Shown in pieces: positions 27,531-40,261 of a DNA stretch of 64,000 nucleotides (its first letter is position 1; every line of letters begins with the position of its first letter). The translations under genes and the position numbers were made by a program. Source of the stretch: Octopus vulgaris (taxonomy: Eukaryota); contig OX597824.1 of assembly GCA_951406725.2 (NCBI GenBank), positions 33,604,001 to 33,668,000 on the forward strand. Reading direction: 5' to 3'. The notes under the pieces were generated by a model. The model worked only from the letters and a program-made list of their open reading frames with translations, searched no databases and had not been told where the DNA came from.

Positions 27531-27967
27531 AATTAAATTTAAATGTTGAAGTGAATGTAACGGTTTTTGTGTGTTTCTTAAATGGCTTACAAACACCTTC
27601 CACGCTGCAATATATATATACACACATATATATATATGTATGTATGTGTGTATATGTGTATGCATGTATGTGTGTGTGTGTGCGTGTCTGTGCTTGTGAT
27701 TGTCCTCCACCACTGCTTGACAATGAATGTTGGTTTTTTTTACATCCCTGTCACCTAGTGGTTTGACAAAGGAAACAGATAGAATAAGTACAATGCTTAC
27801 AATAATAAAACGAGTTGATTCATTAAACTACAATTCTTCAAGGCATTGCCCCAGCATGGCCACAGACCAATGGCTGGAAAAAGCAGAAGAATAAAAGAAT
27901 ACATTTTCTGCTTTGGTCTTATGTTCAAGGCATGAGAAAGCTTGAGTTTACATGAGAAGGCCTAACA

Positions 27968-28445
27968 GACCTGGTAGAAACAGCAGCCAGATCTCCCTCA
28001 AATCACACCTTACTGTCTTATGTATGTATATATATATGAGCCAATGAGGGGGACCTCTACATGGTAGCTAGACCTGGTAGAAATAGCAGCCAAATTTCCC
28101 CCAAATCACACCTTACTGTCTTATCTATGTATATATGTATGTATGAGCCTATGAGGGAGACCCCTACATGGCAGCTAGACCTGGTAGAAATAGCAGCCAA
28201 ATTTCCCCCAAATCACACCTTACTGTCTTATCTATGTATATATGTATGTATGAGCCTATGAGGGAGACCCCTACATGGCAGCTAGACCTGGTAGAAATAT
28301 CAGCCAAATTTCCCCCAAATCACACCTTACTGTCTTATCTATGTATATATGTATGTATGAGCCTATGAGGGAGACCCCTACATGGCAGCTAGACATGGTA
28401 GAAATAGCAGCCAAATCTCCCTCAAATCACACCTTACTGTCTTAT
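27968..28445 (+). repeat. 107-bp tandem repeat, about 4.5 copies (duplicated at 30143-30620)
   Basis: Unit GACCTGGTAGAAATAGCAGCCAAAT...CTACATGGCAGCTA. ORF starts recur every 107 nt. Confidence 0.9.
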
Positions 28446-30719
28446 CTTTCTGCTACTTGGATATAGGTGTTATATTCGTCGTAAAAAACTTTCCTGTCAC
28501 ACACTCACGCACACGCACACACACACACACACACACGCACCCTCACACACACACACACACGCGCGCACCCACACACACCCACTCACACACACGCACGTTA
28601 GCTTACAATTTTATTTATATATTTGCGTGTCTATGTGTGGAAAGAGGAAGTGGGAGGCAGAGTGAAAGAATCACTCACTACAGTAAGTCAATTACTTTCA
28701 TTTTATTCGTTGCCCACTGTGTGTGTGCGTTTGCGTGTGGTGTAAACCAGACTAAGAAAAGCATTTGACACACACACCAGAATGTGAGTTTTCTGTAAAT
28801 TTTGCTTAATTGGAGTTTAAATTTTGAAAACTGGACCTGGCATGACGCGATGCATTGTACTCTTAAAAATGCAAGGTAAATTGTAATTGAAGAAATCCTA
28901 TATTGTAGATTTGTATAACTCCCAAAGGGAGGCAGATAAAATCTGCCTTTTATAATAAGAGATATGTAAACATATATATATATATATACTAGCAGTATCG
29001 CCCGGCGTTGCTCGGGTTTGTAAGGGAAATAATTATATAAGCATTTTTAGAGATGTAAAGTATAATAGCCATCTCAATATGGCTAACCACAAAGAGGGAG
29101 GGGTGTTACTGTAGCTTTTTACGTTCTGAGATTTAATAATAAATTTTAGAGAGTTACTTCCCTTATATATGTCAAAAATGGATTAAAAATGGGAAAAATT
29201 GATGGTAATTTTTTTTTTAAATCGTAGACTCATCGTAGACGCGCGCTAATACCCAGACGGTCTCGATATGAATCACGACTATAAGATACCCGGTTTTGGT
29301 TAAACTGCACCGCAAAATGTGGGAGTAGTTAGGAATCTAAATCGTAGGAGACAGACACACAACCTCACTTTTATATATAAAGATTTCCTCTATTTACATA
29401 ATATTGAGGTCTCTTTCTTTCTTTTGTTATCTTACTGTTTTTACCAATATACATATATATATATATATATAAATGTATAAATAGTTACAGAGATGTACTT
29501 GCATAGCAAGTGACTTGATCTGAGATCGTGTGCTGGAACGAAAACAGTTGCAGCGTTGAAGGTGTTTATAAGCCATTTAAGAAACACACAAAAACCGTTA
29601 GATTCACTTCAACATTTAAATTTAATTTGTCAAAATATTTTCGTCGCTTTGAGACCGCGACCTGTTAGCACGATATTTTTGTCAGTGAACAGGTTGCGGT
29701 CTCAAAGCGACGAAAATATTTTGGCAAATTAAATTTAAATGTTGAAGTGAATGTAACGGTTTTTGTGTGTTTCTTAAATGGCTTACAAACACCTTCCACG
29801 CTGCAATATATATATACACACATATATATATATGTATGTATGCATGTATGTGTGTGCGTGTCTGTGCTTGTGATTGTCCTCCACCACTGCTTGACAACGA
29901 ATGTTGGTTTGTTTACATCCCTGTCACCTAGTGGTTTGACAAAGGAAACAGATAGAATAAGTACAATGCTTACAAAAATAAAACTGGAGTTGATTCATTA
30001 AACTACGGTTCTTCAAGGCATTGCCCCAGCATGGCCACAGACCAATGGCTGGAAAAAGCAGAAGAATAAAAGAATACATTCTCTGCTTTGGTCTTATGTT
30101 CAAGGCATAAGAAAGCTTGAGTTTACATGAGAAGGCCTAACAGACCTGGTAGAAACAGCAGCCAAATCTCCCTCAAATCACACCTTACTGTCTTATGTAT
30201 GTATATATATATGAGCCAATGAGGGGGACCTCTACATGGTAGCTAGACCTGGTAGAAATAGCAGCCAAATTTCCCCCAAATCACACCTTACTGTCTTATC
30301 TATGTATATATGTATGTATGAGCCTATGAGGGAGACCCCTACATGGCAGCTAGACCTGGTAGAAATAGCAGCCAAATTTCCCCCAAATCACACCTTACTG
30401 TCTTATCTATGTATATATGTTTGTATGAGCCTATGAGGGAGACCCCTACATGGCAGCTAGACATGGTAGAAATAGCAGCCAAATTTCCCCCAAATCACAC
30501 CTTACTGTCTTATCTATGTATATATGTATGTATGAGCCTATGAGGGAGACCCCTACATGGCAGCTAGACATGGTAGAAATAGCAGCCAAATCTCCCTCAA
30601 ATCACACCTTACTGTCTTATCTTTCTGCTACTTGGATATAGGTGTTATATTCGTCGTAAAAAACTTTCCTGTCACACACTCACACACACACACACACACA
30701 CACGCACCCTCACACACAC

Positions 30720-30757
<38 letters not shown>

Positions 30758-31136
30758 ACACGCACGTTAGCTTACAATTTTATTTTATATATTTGCGTGT
30801 CTGTGTTGAAAGAGGAAGTGGGAGGCAGAGTGAAAGAATCACTCACTACAGTAAGTAAATTACTTTCATTTTATTCGCTGCCCACTGTGTGTGTGCGTTT
30901 GCGTGTGGTGTAAACCAGACTAAGAAAAGCATTTGACACACATACCAGAATGTGAGTTTTCTGTAAATTTTGCTTAATTGGAGTTTAAATTTTAAAAACT
31001 GGACCTGGCATGACGCGATGCATTGTACTCTTAAAATTGCTAGGTAAATTGTAATTGAAGAAATCCTATATTGTAGATTTGTATAACTCCCAAAGGGAGG
31101 CAGATAAAATCTGCCTTTTATAATAAGAGATATATC

Positions 31137-31215
<79 letters not shown>

Positions 31216-31279
31216 CGCCGTGATCACCGTGACCGACCAGACTATCAGATGTTGCTACACATCGCTGGTCACAATGCGT

Positions 31280-31654
31280 TCCCGGTCTGGGAATCGAAAC
31301 CGCAATCCTACGACCGCGAGTCCGCTGCCCTAACCACTGGGCCATATATATATCACGTGATCACGTGACAGACCAGACCATCAGATGTTGTTACACATCG
31401 CTGGTCACAATGCGTTCGCATTGTTTTAGCCTTCGAATGACGCCACCCCGCTGGCTAAGCGAGCAGGCCAACAGAAGAAAGAATGGGAGAAAGAGTGGTG
31501 AAAGAGTACAGCAGGGATCACCACCCCCTGCCGGAGCCTGGTGGAGCTTTTAGGTGTTTTCGCTCAATAAACACTCACAACGCCCAGTCTGGAAATCGAA
31601 ACCGCGATCCTGCGACCGCGAGTCCGCTGCCTTAACCACTAGGCCATTGCGCCT

Positions 31655-31657
<3 letters not shown>
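31280..31657 (-). mobile_element. SINE family C copies
   Basis: GTGGAGGCGCAATGGCCTAGTGGTTAAGG..GGTTTCGATTTCC, plus a partial head at 31280-31345. Confidence 0.75.
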
Positions 31658-31727
<70 letters not shown>

Positions 31728-31996
31728 GGTCTGTAGGTGATGTACAGGTATTATATAATACAAAAAAATAAGGTACTCAGAAATCTGGATGGTTGTACAT
31801 TTACAGATTTTTATTAATATGTCACATGTTTTATAAATCATATATTAGCGCTTGCATCTACTCTAGTAGATTCTTCAGATTTGATTTGTTTGAGAGGATT
31901 CGTCTCTTTTTATAGTATTATTGTGTAGGGGCGAAGAGAAATATAGGATAGTAAAAGAGGGTGAGGAATGGGGAGAAAGTGAGAGAGAGTGTGTGC

Positions 31997-32030
<34 letters not shown>

Positions 32031-33179
32031 GTGTGTGTGTGCGTCTGTGTGTGTGTGTGTGTGTGCGTCTGTGTCTCTGTGTGTCTGTGTATTTGAAAGG
32101 AGTGTCAATGGAAAAGAGAAGGAAAGAAAGAAGGAAGCGAGAAAGAAGAATAAATGTGTTTACATCTATACAGCTTGTCAGTTCTTCCAATAGAAAGTGA
32201 TGAGTTGATTCTTGGCCTTTAAAAATGGCAAAACCAGGTGGCTACTCTAAGGATGGGTCTTGTTTTGATAAAAGTTATTTTTCAAAAAATTGTCTGGATT
32301 TTGTGTATTTTGTGTATGTATGTGTGCGTGCGAGTGTGTGTGTGTGTGTGTGTGTGCGAGTGTATGTGTGTTTGTGTGTGTATGTGTGTGTGTGTGTGTA
32401 TCTGAAAGGAGTGTCAATGGAAAAGAGAAGGAAAGAAAGAAAGAAGAAGAAAAATTGTGCTTACATCTATACAACTGTTCAGATCTTTCAATAGAAAATA
32501 ACTTTTATTAATCAACTTGAAAGAAATGACCAGCTGTAAAGATGTAAACACAATTTTTTCTTCTTCCTTTCTTCCTTCTTTCTTTCCTTCTCTTTTCCAT
32601 TGACACTCCTTTCAGATACACAGGCACACAGACGCGCGCACGCACACATAGACACACACACACTCTCACTGGACAATGATGATGACGATGATAATAAATC
32701 CAGACAAATTATTGAAAAATAACTTTTCTCAAAACAAGACCTCCCCTTAGAGTAGCCACCTGGTTTTGCCATTTTTAAAGGCCAAGAATCAACTCATCAC
32801 TTTCTATTGAAAGAACTGACCAGCTGTATAGATATAAACACATTTTTTCTTTTTTCTCTCTTCCTTCTTTCTTTCCTTCTCTTTTCAATTGACACTCCTT
32901 TCATACACACACACACAAACACACACTCCCACTTTCTCCCCATTCTTCACCCTCTTTTACTATCCTACATCTCTCTCCACCCCTACACACTCAATAATAC
33001 TATAAAAAGAGACGAATCCTCTCAAACAAATTCAAATCTGAAGAATCTACTAGAGTAGAGGAGAGCGCTAATAAGCGGAAATGGGTTGAAGTGTTTCCAG
33101 TGCATTGATAGAGAAGGAAGATTTGGTATTTAGGGTTTTTGTCTACGGGGCATTAGTCTAGGTGCTGGCTAACGGGAAT

Positions 33180-33420
33180 TTTCCTAGTTGAGGGGTCCCG
33201 GATTTGTTGCCTATGCACCGTAAGTTAAGCTTGTTTGACCAATGTAGTCTCCACCACAACATCCACATTTAAGAACATAGATTAAGTTCTTCGAAGCACA
33301 GGTGAAGTCATGTTTTATGATAAAAGTTAGGCCTGACTTAAATTTGTATGTTAAGCCCTCTAAGAGAAAGGTGCAAATTCCGCAGTTAGGGTAGTTGCAT
33401 GTTTTTACTTGTGGGGTTGT
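33180..33420 (-). pseudogene. Penelope-like element GIY-YIG endonuclease fragment
   Basis: C..PNCGIC..FTCASKNLIYVLKCGCCGGDYIGQT, which is a Cys-rich linker plus the IY/YIG motifs. Confidence 0.85.
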
Positions 33421-34303
33421 CAATACCCCGTAGACAAAAACCCTAATTCTCAAATCTTACCTCTCTATCAATGCACTGGAAACACTTCAACCTAATTCCG
33501 ATTAAATAAGGAAAACATACTGATTAAAAAATATAGACCACAGCTAAATATCCTTTAGAAAGAAGAAAAAGCAGTATAAAGAAGAGAAAAAACACCCAAT
33601 TTCAACACAAAAAAACCAATAAAATTTTAGTAACAATTTTCCACCCGGGTTTCAAAATCACAGCTCCAAATCACCACACAAACACAAGATGCTGACGTCA
33701 CCCATCTCCAGTCCATTGAAATTCTACAAACACCAGTTGCTGACGTCACATAATTCCAAACCAATCAAAACCGAACTTCAACGAATACAACAAAAAGATC
33801 CTTTAAGAAAACCAACCAACCGAAACGACCTGTAACCGTATCCTGCAAAGAAACCAACCAAACAGAACGATAAGCTTGATCACGGAAGAAAAATGTCATC
33901 AATTTTTTAACGAATCAAGATCAGATCCGCTCGCAGAAAAAAATTTATTAATACTTCTTTCCCCTAAAACATACCATTGCAAGCAGAAGCGACTGTTTAA
34001 AGATCCCAGAAACCGTAATTTCCCCCTTTTTTTACTATTTCAATTCTCACACTGTTTTTTTTTTTGTTTTTATTTTCAGTATGACTTGTCGACCACCACT
34101 AAAATTAATGAACCTTTTACATTCTAACAAATTAATATACAGCTTTAATTTCAAACTTACACCTTCTGTTTTGAACATGATAATTTATCAACATTGATAC
34201 ATTTTAATTTAACATCATTGAAACATTTTAATTTAACAACATTGAAACATTTTGATTTGTCAACATTGAAACTTATAACGATGTTTTTCTAATTTTACAC
34301 TTT

Positions 34304-34345
34304 TACCATTGATAAACAAAAAATATTTTTGAAACTAGTCCGGTA
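34304..34345 (+). ncRNA. Minimal type I hammerhead-like motif with a U3-A8 core (UUGAUAA) in a PLE-like terminal repeat
   Basis: TACCA-TTGATAA-AC-AAAAA/ATA/TTTTT-GAAA-CTAG-TC-CGGTA, with AATAAA just downstream. Confidence 0.45.
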
Positions 34346-34468
34346 TATATGTAAATAAATGCGTTTTAAACATTTACGAGACTTTGAAATTTAAGTGCAT
34401 TTTCAGCAACACGTTTTCCTATATATTTTTTTCCTGCGTGGAAACACCACTCCCTCTTTTGCTATATA

Positions 34469-36040
34469 CAGTTGCAGCCAAAATGTTCAGAACGGCATTG
34501 TTTTCGTCAGAAAAGTAGATATTATTTTTTATCAAAGTTGTTTTATATTCTATAATTTTCACAGACAATAAATACGATATTATTTGTTATTGCCTGAGAT
34601 TTTTGTGTAATTTGAGAGGATAATACAAAAGTTATGGATGATTTAGTGATTTACTTCAAAACCCATGGCGGCCAAAATGATCAGAACGGTTACTTTTACT
34701 CCGTGTTTTAGTATATTTAACCGGCGAACTCTAATGTTTTGAATTTGTTTACGTGACGGTTCGTTTACTAAACATTAGTAAGAATATTTGCAGTGTACTT
34801 TGTTAATATAATGCCACTTACTCCGTTACCAATTCTTCAGCAGATTATTAAGCTTCGAAGGAAGGATAATTTAAGTATTAGATCTATTGCAAAGATTGTT
34901 AACAAGTCAAAAAGTGTTGTACACGGTATTATTAAGGTCTACGATAATTGTGGTTCGTGTGAAGCAAGAAAGTTTACAGGTAGGCCAAGAAAAACGACCA
35001 AGAGAGAAGATTGTGCTATGGTAAAATTGGTTAAAAAGGACAGATTTAAAACTGCTGCTGCTGTTTCTCGGGAAATGAGCATTGTATTGAAGAAAACTTT
35101 ATCTCGAAAACTGTGTCTTGTCTTTTAGTTGAACATGACCTACAAGCAAGAGCACCTGCAGTGAAGCCACTGATCAGTTCCAAGAATAAAAAGTGTCGTC
35201 TTACCTTTGCAACCGAACATGTGTTGTGGTCTCAAGAAAAATGGCAAACGGTGCATTTCAGTGATGAATCTAAGTTTATGCTATTTGGCTCAGATGGGAA
35301 AAGGTACGTTCGTAGAAAAGTAGGTGAAAAATTGTTGCCTAAATGCCTTAAGACTAGTGTTAAATTCGGTGAAGGAAGTGTCATAGTTTTGGGAATGATA
35401 TCTGGAGATGGTGTGGGTCCTTTGGTGCGATTACATGGAAAGTTAAATGCAGGAGTTTATAAACAACTTGTAAAAGATCATGTCTTGCCTGTGCTGAGAA
35501 ATTCAACTAAGCGATCACCCATATTCATGCAGGACAATGCCCCATGTCACAAGGCTAAGGTGATCAAGAACTTCCTCAAGGCTGAAAAGGTTATTGTTAT
35601 GGATTGGCCAGCTCAAAGCCCAGATCTCAATCCTATTGAAAATTATGGAATGCCCTTCAGGAAGAATGGAATAAGATCACCCAGCAAGAAATTGAAATTT
35701 TAATTCCCTCATGCAGTCGAAGATGTCAGAGTGTGATTGAAGCTAAAGGGTTTCACACTAAATATTAAATAATTCCAGTATTCTCTGTCATTTTTGATTA
35801 TTTTGTTATTTTTTCAACCGTTCTGATCATTTTGGCCGCCATGGGTTTTGCAGTAAATCACTAAATCATCCATAACTTTTGTATTATCCTCTCAAATTAC
35901 ACCAAAATCTCAGACAATAACAATTAATATTGTATTTATTGTCTGTGAAAATTATAGAATATAAAACAACTTTAATAAAAAAAACTATATCTACTTTTCT
36001 GACGAAAACAAAGCCGTTCTGAACATTTTGGCCGCAACGG
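34469..36040 (+). mobile_element. Tc1-family transposon, IR/DR type
   Basis: TIRs of about 222 bp (34469-34691 and 35816-36040), each with outer and inner GCCAAAATG.TCAGAACGG direct repeats. TA on both flanks. Confidence 0.95.
34811..35768 (+). pseudogene. Tc1 DD34E transposase, frameshifted and internally deleted
   Basis: GRPRKTT, FSDESKF, FMQDNAPCH, WPAQSPDLNPIEN (34 residues between D and E) and C-terminal AKGFHTKY. There is a frameshift at about 35110 and a deletion after about 35645. Confidence 0.9.
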
Positions 36041-36046
36041 TATATA

Positions 36047-36290
36047 CAGGGTGCGATGGGTAAATTGTCGCCATTTTATATCTTTTATTTCGTGCATGTG
36101 CATGTGCATTGTTTGTTTTTGATATTATCGACTACAGTAGGGTCATTTAGACACCGTCTGTGACAGAAATAGTACCATGATGCAATTCGCTCTGCCAGAA
36201 ATTCGGAAACGACATGCTGTACTGCTTGGCATTCGCGCCGGAAGCTCCAATACGAACATTTCAGAGTGTTTAGGTGTCAATCTGAGGACA
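36047..36290 (+). mobile_element. 5' fragment of a Tc1/mariner-superfamily element (maT/Tc3-like)
   Basis: TA|CAGGGTG terminus and an HTH-like start RKRHAVLLGIRAGSSNTNISECLGVNLRT. Confidence 0.5.
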
Positions 36291-36540
36291 TGTACTGTTC
36301 CCCAACATGAAGAATTACTTGGCTGGGAACTAATATCGCAGTGATGAAGACGTCATATCTGCTGTTGATGACTTTTTTACCAGCAGGATAAAAAGCGTCT
36401 TCCCCAAAGGGATCCGAGCACTGCAACACTGATAGAAGTGTGTGCACCGCAAGGGCGACCATGTTTAATAATAAACCTCATTTTGTCATATTTCATGAAA
36501 GTAACTTGGTCAGCCTATGAAGTTTTCACCCGACCCTCGT
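36291..36540 (+). mobile_element. Mariner 3' end
   Basis: LFPNMKNYLAG..YRSDEDVISAVDDFF..GIRAL..KCV.RKGD, then a TIR ending CGACCCTCG|TA. Confidence 0.75.
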
Positions 36541-36562
36541 ATATAGATAGATAGATAGATAC

Positions 36563-36630
<68 letters not shown>

Positions 36631-36714
36631 GTTTCTTTATAGGTTGAAGTGTTTCCAGTGCATTGATAGAGAGGTAAGATTTGAGAATTAGGGTTTTTGT
36701 CTACGGGGTATTGA

Positions 36715-36955
36715 CAACCCCACAAGTAAAAACATGCAACTACCCTAACTGCGGAATTTGCACCTTTCTCTTAGAGGGCTTAACATACAAATTTAAGTCA
36801 GGCCTAACTTTTATCATAAAACATGACTTCACCTGTGCTTCGAAGAACTTAATCTATGTTCTTAAATGTGGATGTTGTGGTGGAGACTACATTGGTCAAA
36901 CAAGCTTAACTTACGGTGCATAGGCAACAAATCCGGGACCCCTCAACTAGGAAAA
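36715..36955 (+). pseudogene. Penelope GIY-YIG fragment (inverted duplicate of 33180-33420)
   Basis: The translation is identical to ORF 33211..33453. Confidence 0.85.
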
Positions 36956-37969
36956 TTCCCGTTAGCCAGCACCTAGACTAATGCCCCGTAGACAAAAACC
37001 CTAAATACCAAATCTTCCTTCTCTATCAATGCACTGGAAACACTTCAACCCATTTCCGCTTATTAGCGCTCTCCTCTACTCTAGTAGATTCTTCAGATTT
37101 GAATTTGTTTGAGAGGATTCGTCTCTTTTTATAGTATTATTGAGTGTGTAGGGGTGGAGAGAGATGTAGGATAGTAAAAGAGGGTGAAGAATGGGGAGAA
37201 AGTGGGAGTGTGTGTTTGTGTGTGTGTGTATGAAAGGAGTGTCAATTGAAAAGAGAAGGAAAGAAAGAAGGAAGAGAGAAAAAAGAAAAAATGTGTTTAT
37301 ATCTATACAGCTGGTCAGTTCTTTCAATAGAAAGTGATGAGTTGATTCTTGGCCTTTAAAAATGGCAAAACCAGGTGGCTACTCTAAGGGGAGGTCTTGT
37401 TTTGAGAAAAGTTATTTTTCAATAATTTGTCTGGATTTATTATCATCGTCATCATCATTGTCCAGTGAGAGTGTGTGTGTGTCTATGTGTGCGTGCGCGC
37501 GTCTGTGTGCCTGTGTATCTGAAAGGAGTGTCAATGGAAAAGAGAAGGAAAGAAAGAAGGAAGAAAGGAAGAAGAAAAATTGTGTTTACATCTTTACAGC
37601 TGGTCATTTCTTTCAAGTTGATTAATAAAAGTTATTTTCTATTGAAAGATCTGAACAGTTGTATAGATGTAAGCACAATTTTTCTTCTTCTTTCTTTCTT
37701 TCCTTCTCTTTTCCATTGACACTCCTTTCAGATACACACACACACACACATACACACACAAACACACAAACACAAACACACTAGCGACAGCTGATGACCG
37801 GGGACTTTTCTTTATTTTCTTGTTATAATTTTATGTTTTTCCCGTTTCTACGTCCTGTTGTGGTGTCCTGTACTCACGTATATTTATTTATATATGCATG
37901 TATATATACATGTAGATGTAGGTACGTACATATATGTTTGTATGTATGCATATATTTTAATTATTACAT

Positions 37970-38002
<33 letters not shown>

Positions 38003-38167
38003 GTTGTATATTGTCAATCTAACAAGAGCGTGACAGTAGGGGGTACACCACCGCTGTATAGCCCTAGGAAGCATCGAACGCCTCCTGATGGCTTTGACAC
38101 ATTTTTCCCTGTGTCCTTATATACATTTACGAAGGGGAGACAAACACCCCCGGCTGCCGGAACTGCA

Positions 38168-38212
38168 TCTAGGGACACGTGTTTCAGAATCGTTGTCCTT
38201 CATCGGCCTAGA
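38168..38212 (-). ncRNA. Minimal type I hammerhead (inverted duplicate of 46276-46320)
   Basis: TCTAGG-CCGATGA-AGGA/TTCT-GAAACACGTGTC-CCTAGA on the minus strand. Confidence 0.6.
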
Positions 38213-39112
38213 GTAGCAGACACCGGTCAGCTGGTGATATTTGCCTCGACTTCGTATTTGTATATATCTATATTCAGTGAAGTCTATTCACTGATTATCA
38301 AAATAAGAAATATTGAATTTCTAAATCTGTCGTAGAGACATGTACGGTGGTGGGGCGATAGAATGGTTGTATACTGTCAATCTAACAAGAACGTGACAGT
38401 AGGGGGTACACCACCGCTGTATAGCCCTAGGAAGCATCGAACGCCTCCTGATGGCTTTGACACATTTTCCCCTGTGTCCTTATATACATTTACGAAGGGG
38501 AGACAAACACCCCCGGCTGCCGGAACTGCATCTAGGGACACGTGTTTCAGGATCGTTGTCCTTCATCAAGCACGATTAGGCTTCACACACACACACACCC
38601 AGATTCGGGAATGATTAAACTGTTAAGAAGTTCTCTTTGCAATAACAAAATATCACATGCTGGCTAATTTATTCGTTAACCAGTCTCGTGTCGATACTGG
38701 CATTGTCAGCAAAATTGAAGAGTCGGGATATATTCCTAACTCCAGACCTGTAGTGAGGCTTCGTCAGAAAATTATGTTAAAGATATTATAAGTGTCACGG
38801 AATACACGGCAGTTAACAATAATAATACAATGAATATATGTTTCCCTTGATAGAACAACTAGAATACTTGTCGTCTCAAAGCGTCACCCTCAGTCAACTG
38901 TTATGTAACAGTTGGATGATCAACAATATCGCTAGTAGTTTTCTACGGGGCTCGTGTCAATAATCAGTCGTTTAATTGTGGAAAAAGAATTACATACATA
39001 CGTATATATGTATATGAAAAATTATATATTTATATATTTTATTGAAAAGGTTAAGAGGTTTCACACTAGTAATTTATACATACATACATACGTACATACA
39101 TACATACATACA

Positions 39113-39239
<127 letters not shown>

Positions 39240-39429
39240 TAGAGATAAAACCACTATTAGGCAAATCAAACAGTGAAAAACATAAACCAAAACATAGAAA
39301 TAAAATTAATTAATATAAAATACCAAATATATCAAATAAAAATTCAAAATTTTAATTATTTAAATTCAGATTTAAAAATTTTAAATTATTAATTTATATT
39401 CATAAATTTATATATGTATATATTCATAA

Positions 39430-39463
<34 letters not shown>

Positions 39464-39697
39464 CTATCAAAAAGTATAAAAAGTTTAATATAAGGTAAAA
39501 AGTAAAACCACTACGACCGTTTCATGACCGTAACCTAATTCGGATAACAATAATTTAAATTCAATTAATAATTCGAATTATGGTTATAGTCAATCTTCAG
39601 GTTAATGATAATAGTTAAATAAATAATCAAATATATTTAAACAATATTTTTTAAGAAATAAATATTGTTTAAATATATTTGATTATTTAACTATTAT

Positions 39698-39796
39698 CAT
39701 TAACCTGAAGATTGACTATAACCATAATTCGAATTATTAATTGAATTTAAATTATTGTTATCCGAATTAGGTTACGGTCATGAAACGGTCGTAGTG
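39698..39796 (+). ncRNA. Type I hammerhead-like motif with a long AT-rich stem II (also 39509-39608 minus, 44692-44790 minus, 44881-44979 plus)
   Basis: CATTAAC-CTGAAGA-T-TGACTATAACC...GGTTACGGTCA-T-GAAAC-G-GTC-GTAGTG. Confidence 0.55.
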
Positions 39797-40031
39797 GTTT
39801 TACTTTTTACCTTATATTATATTATTTATAATTTCATCTAACTCGAGTTCTATTGTTAAGAACGATCTGGGTGTGTATGTGTGTGCATTTAAATCTATAT
39901 TACTTCCAGGCTATCAATGAACTATGATGTAACATGATCTTTGTCATCAAAACATCCGGTCTTACCACAAGTTTACTCGTTAAAACAAGAGAGAGAGAGA
40001 GAGGGGGGGGGCGAGATAGAGAGAGATAGAT

Positions 40032-40071
<40 letters not shown>

Positions 40072-40177
40072 ATGGAAAAAACTTTTTAACTTGATATTTT
40101 CCAGAAGTTGATATTGTTCGAGACCTAGATTCAGAGTATTTGAAGGTATACCTTTCACATTGTTATGTCGCACGTAT

Positions 40178-40260
<83 letters not shown>

Positions 40261-40261
<1 letters not shown>

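Larger units (their letters stand above)
26791..31130 (-). repeat. About 2.2-kb tandem duplication (26791-28962 and 28989-31130) bounded by Helitron termini
   Basis: The units are near-identical. Each has the Helitron CTAG 3' end at one side and a TCTCTTATTATAAAAGGCAG 5' end at the other. Confidence 0.9.

Noticed and set aside
27968-28445. Regularly spaced repeats resembling a CRISPR array
   Set aside because: The entire 107-bp unit repeats with no unique spacers, there are no cas genes, and the context is eukaryotic.
34793-35703. Active Tc1 transposase
   Set aside because: It has a frameshift near 35110 and a deletion with a frameshift after the catalytic E.
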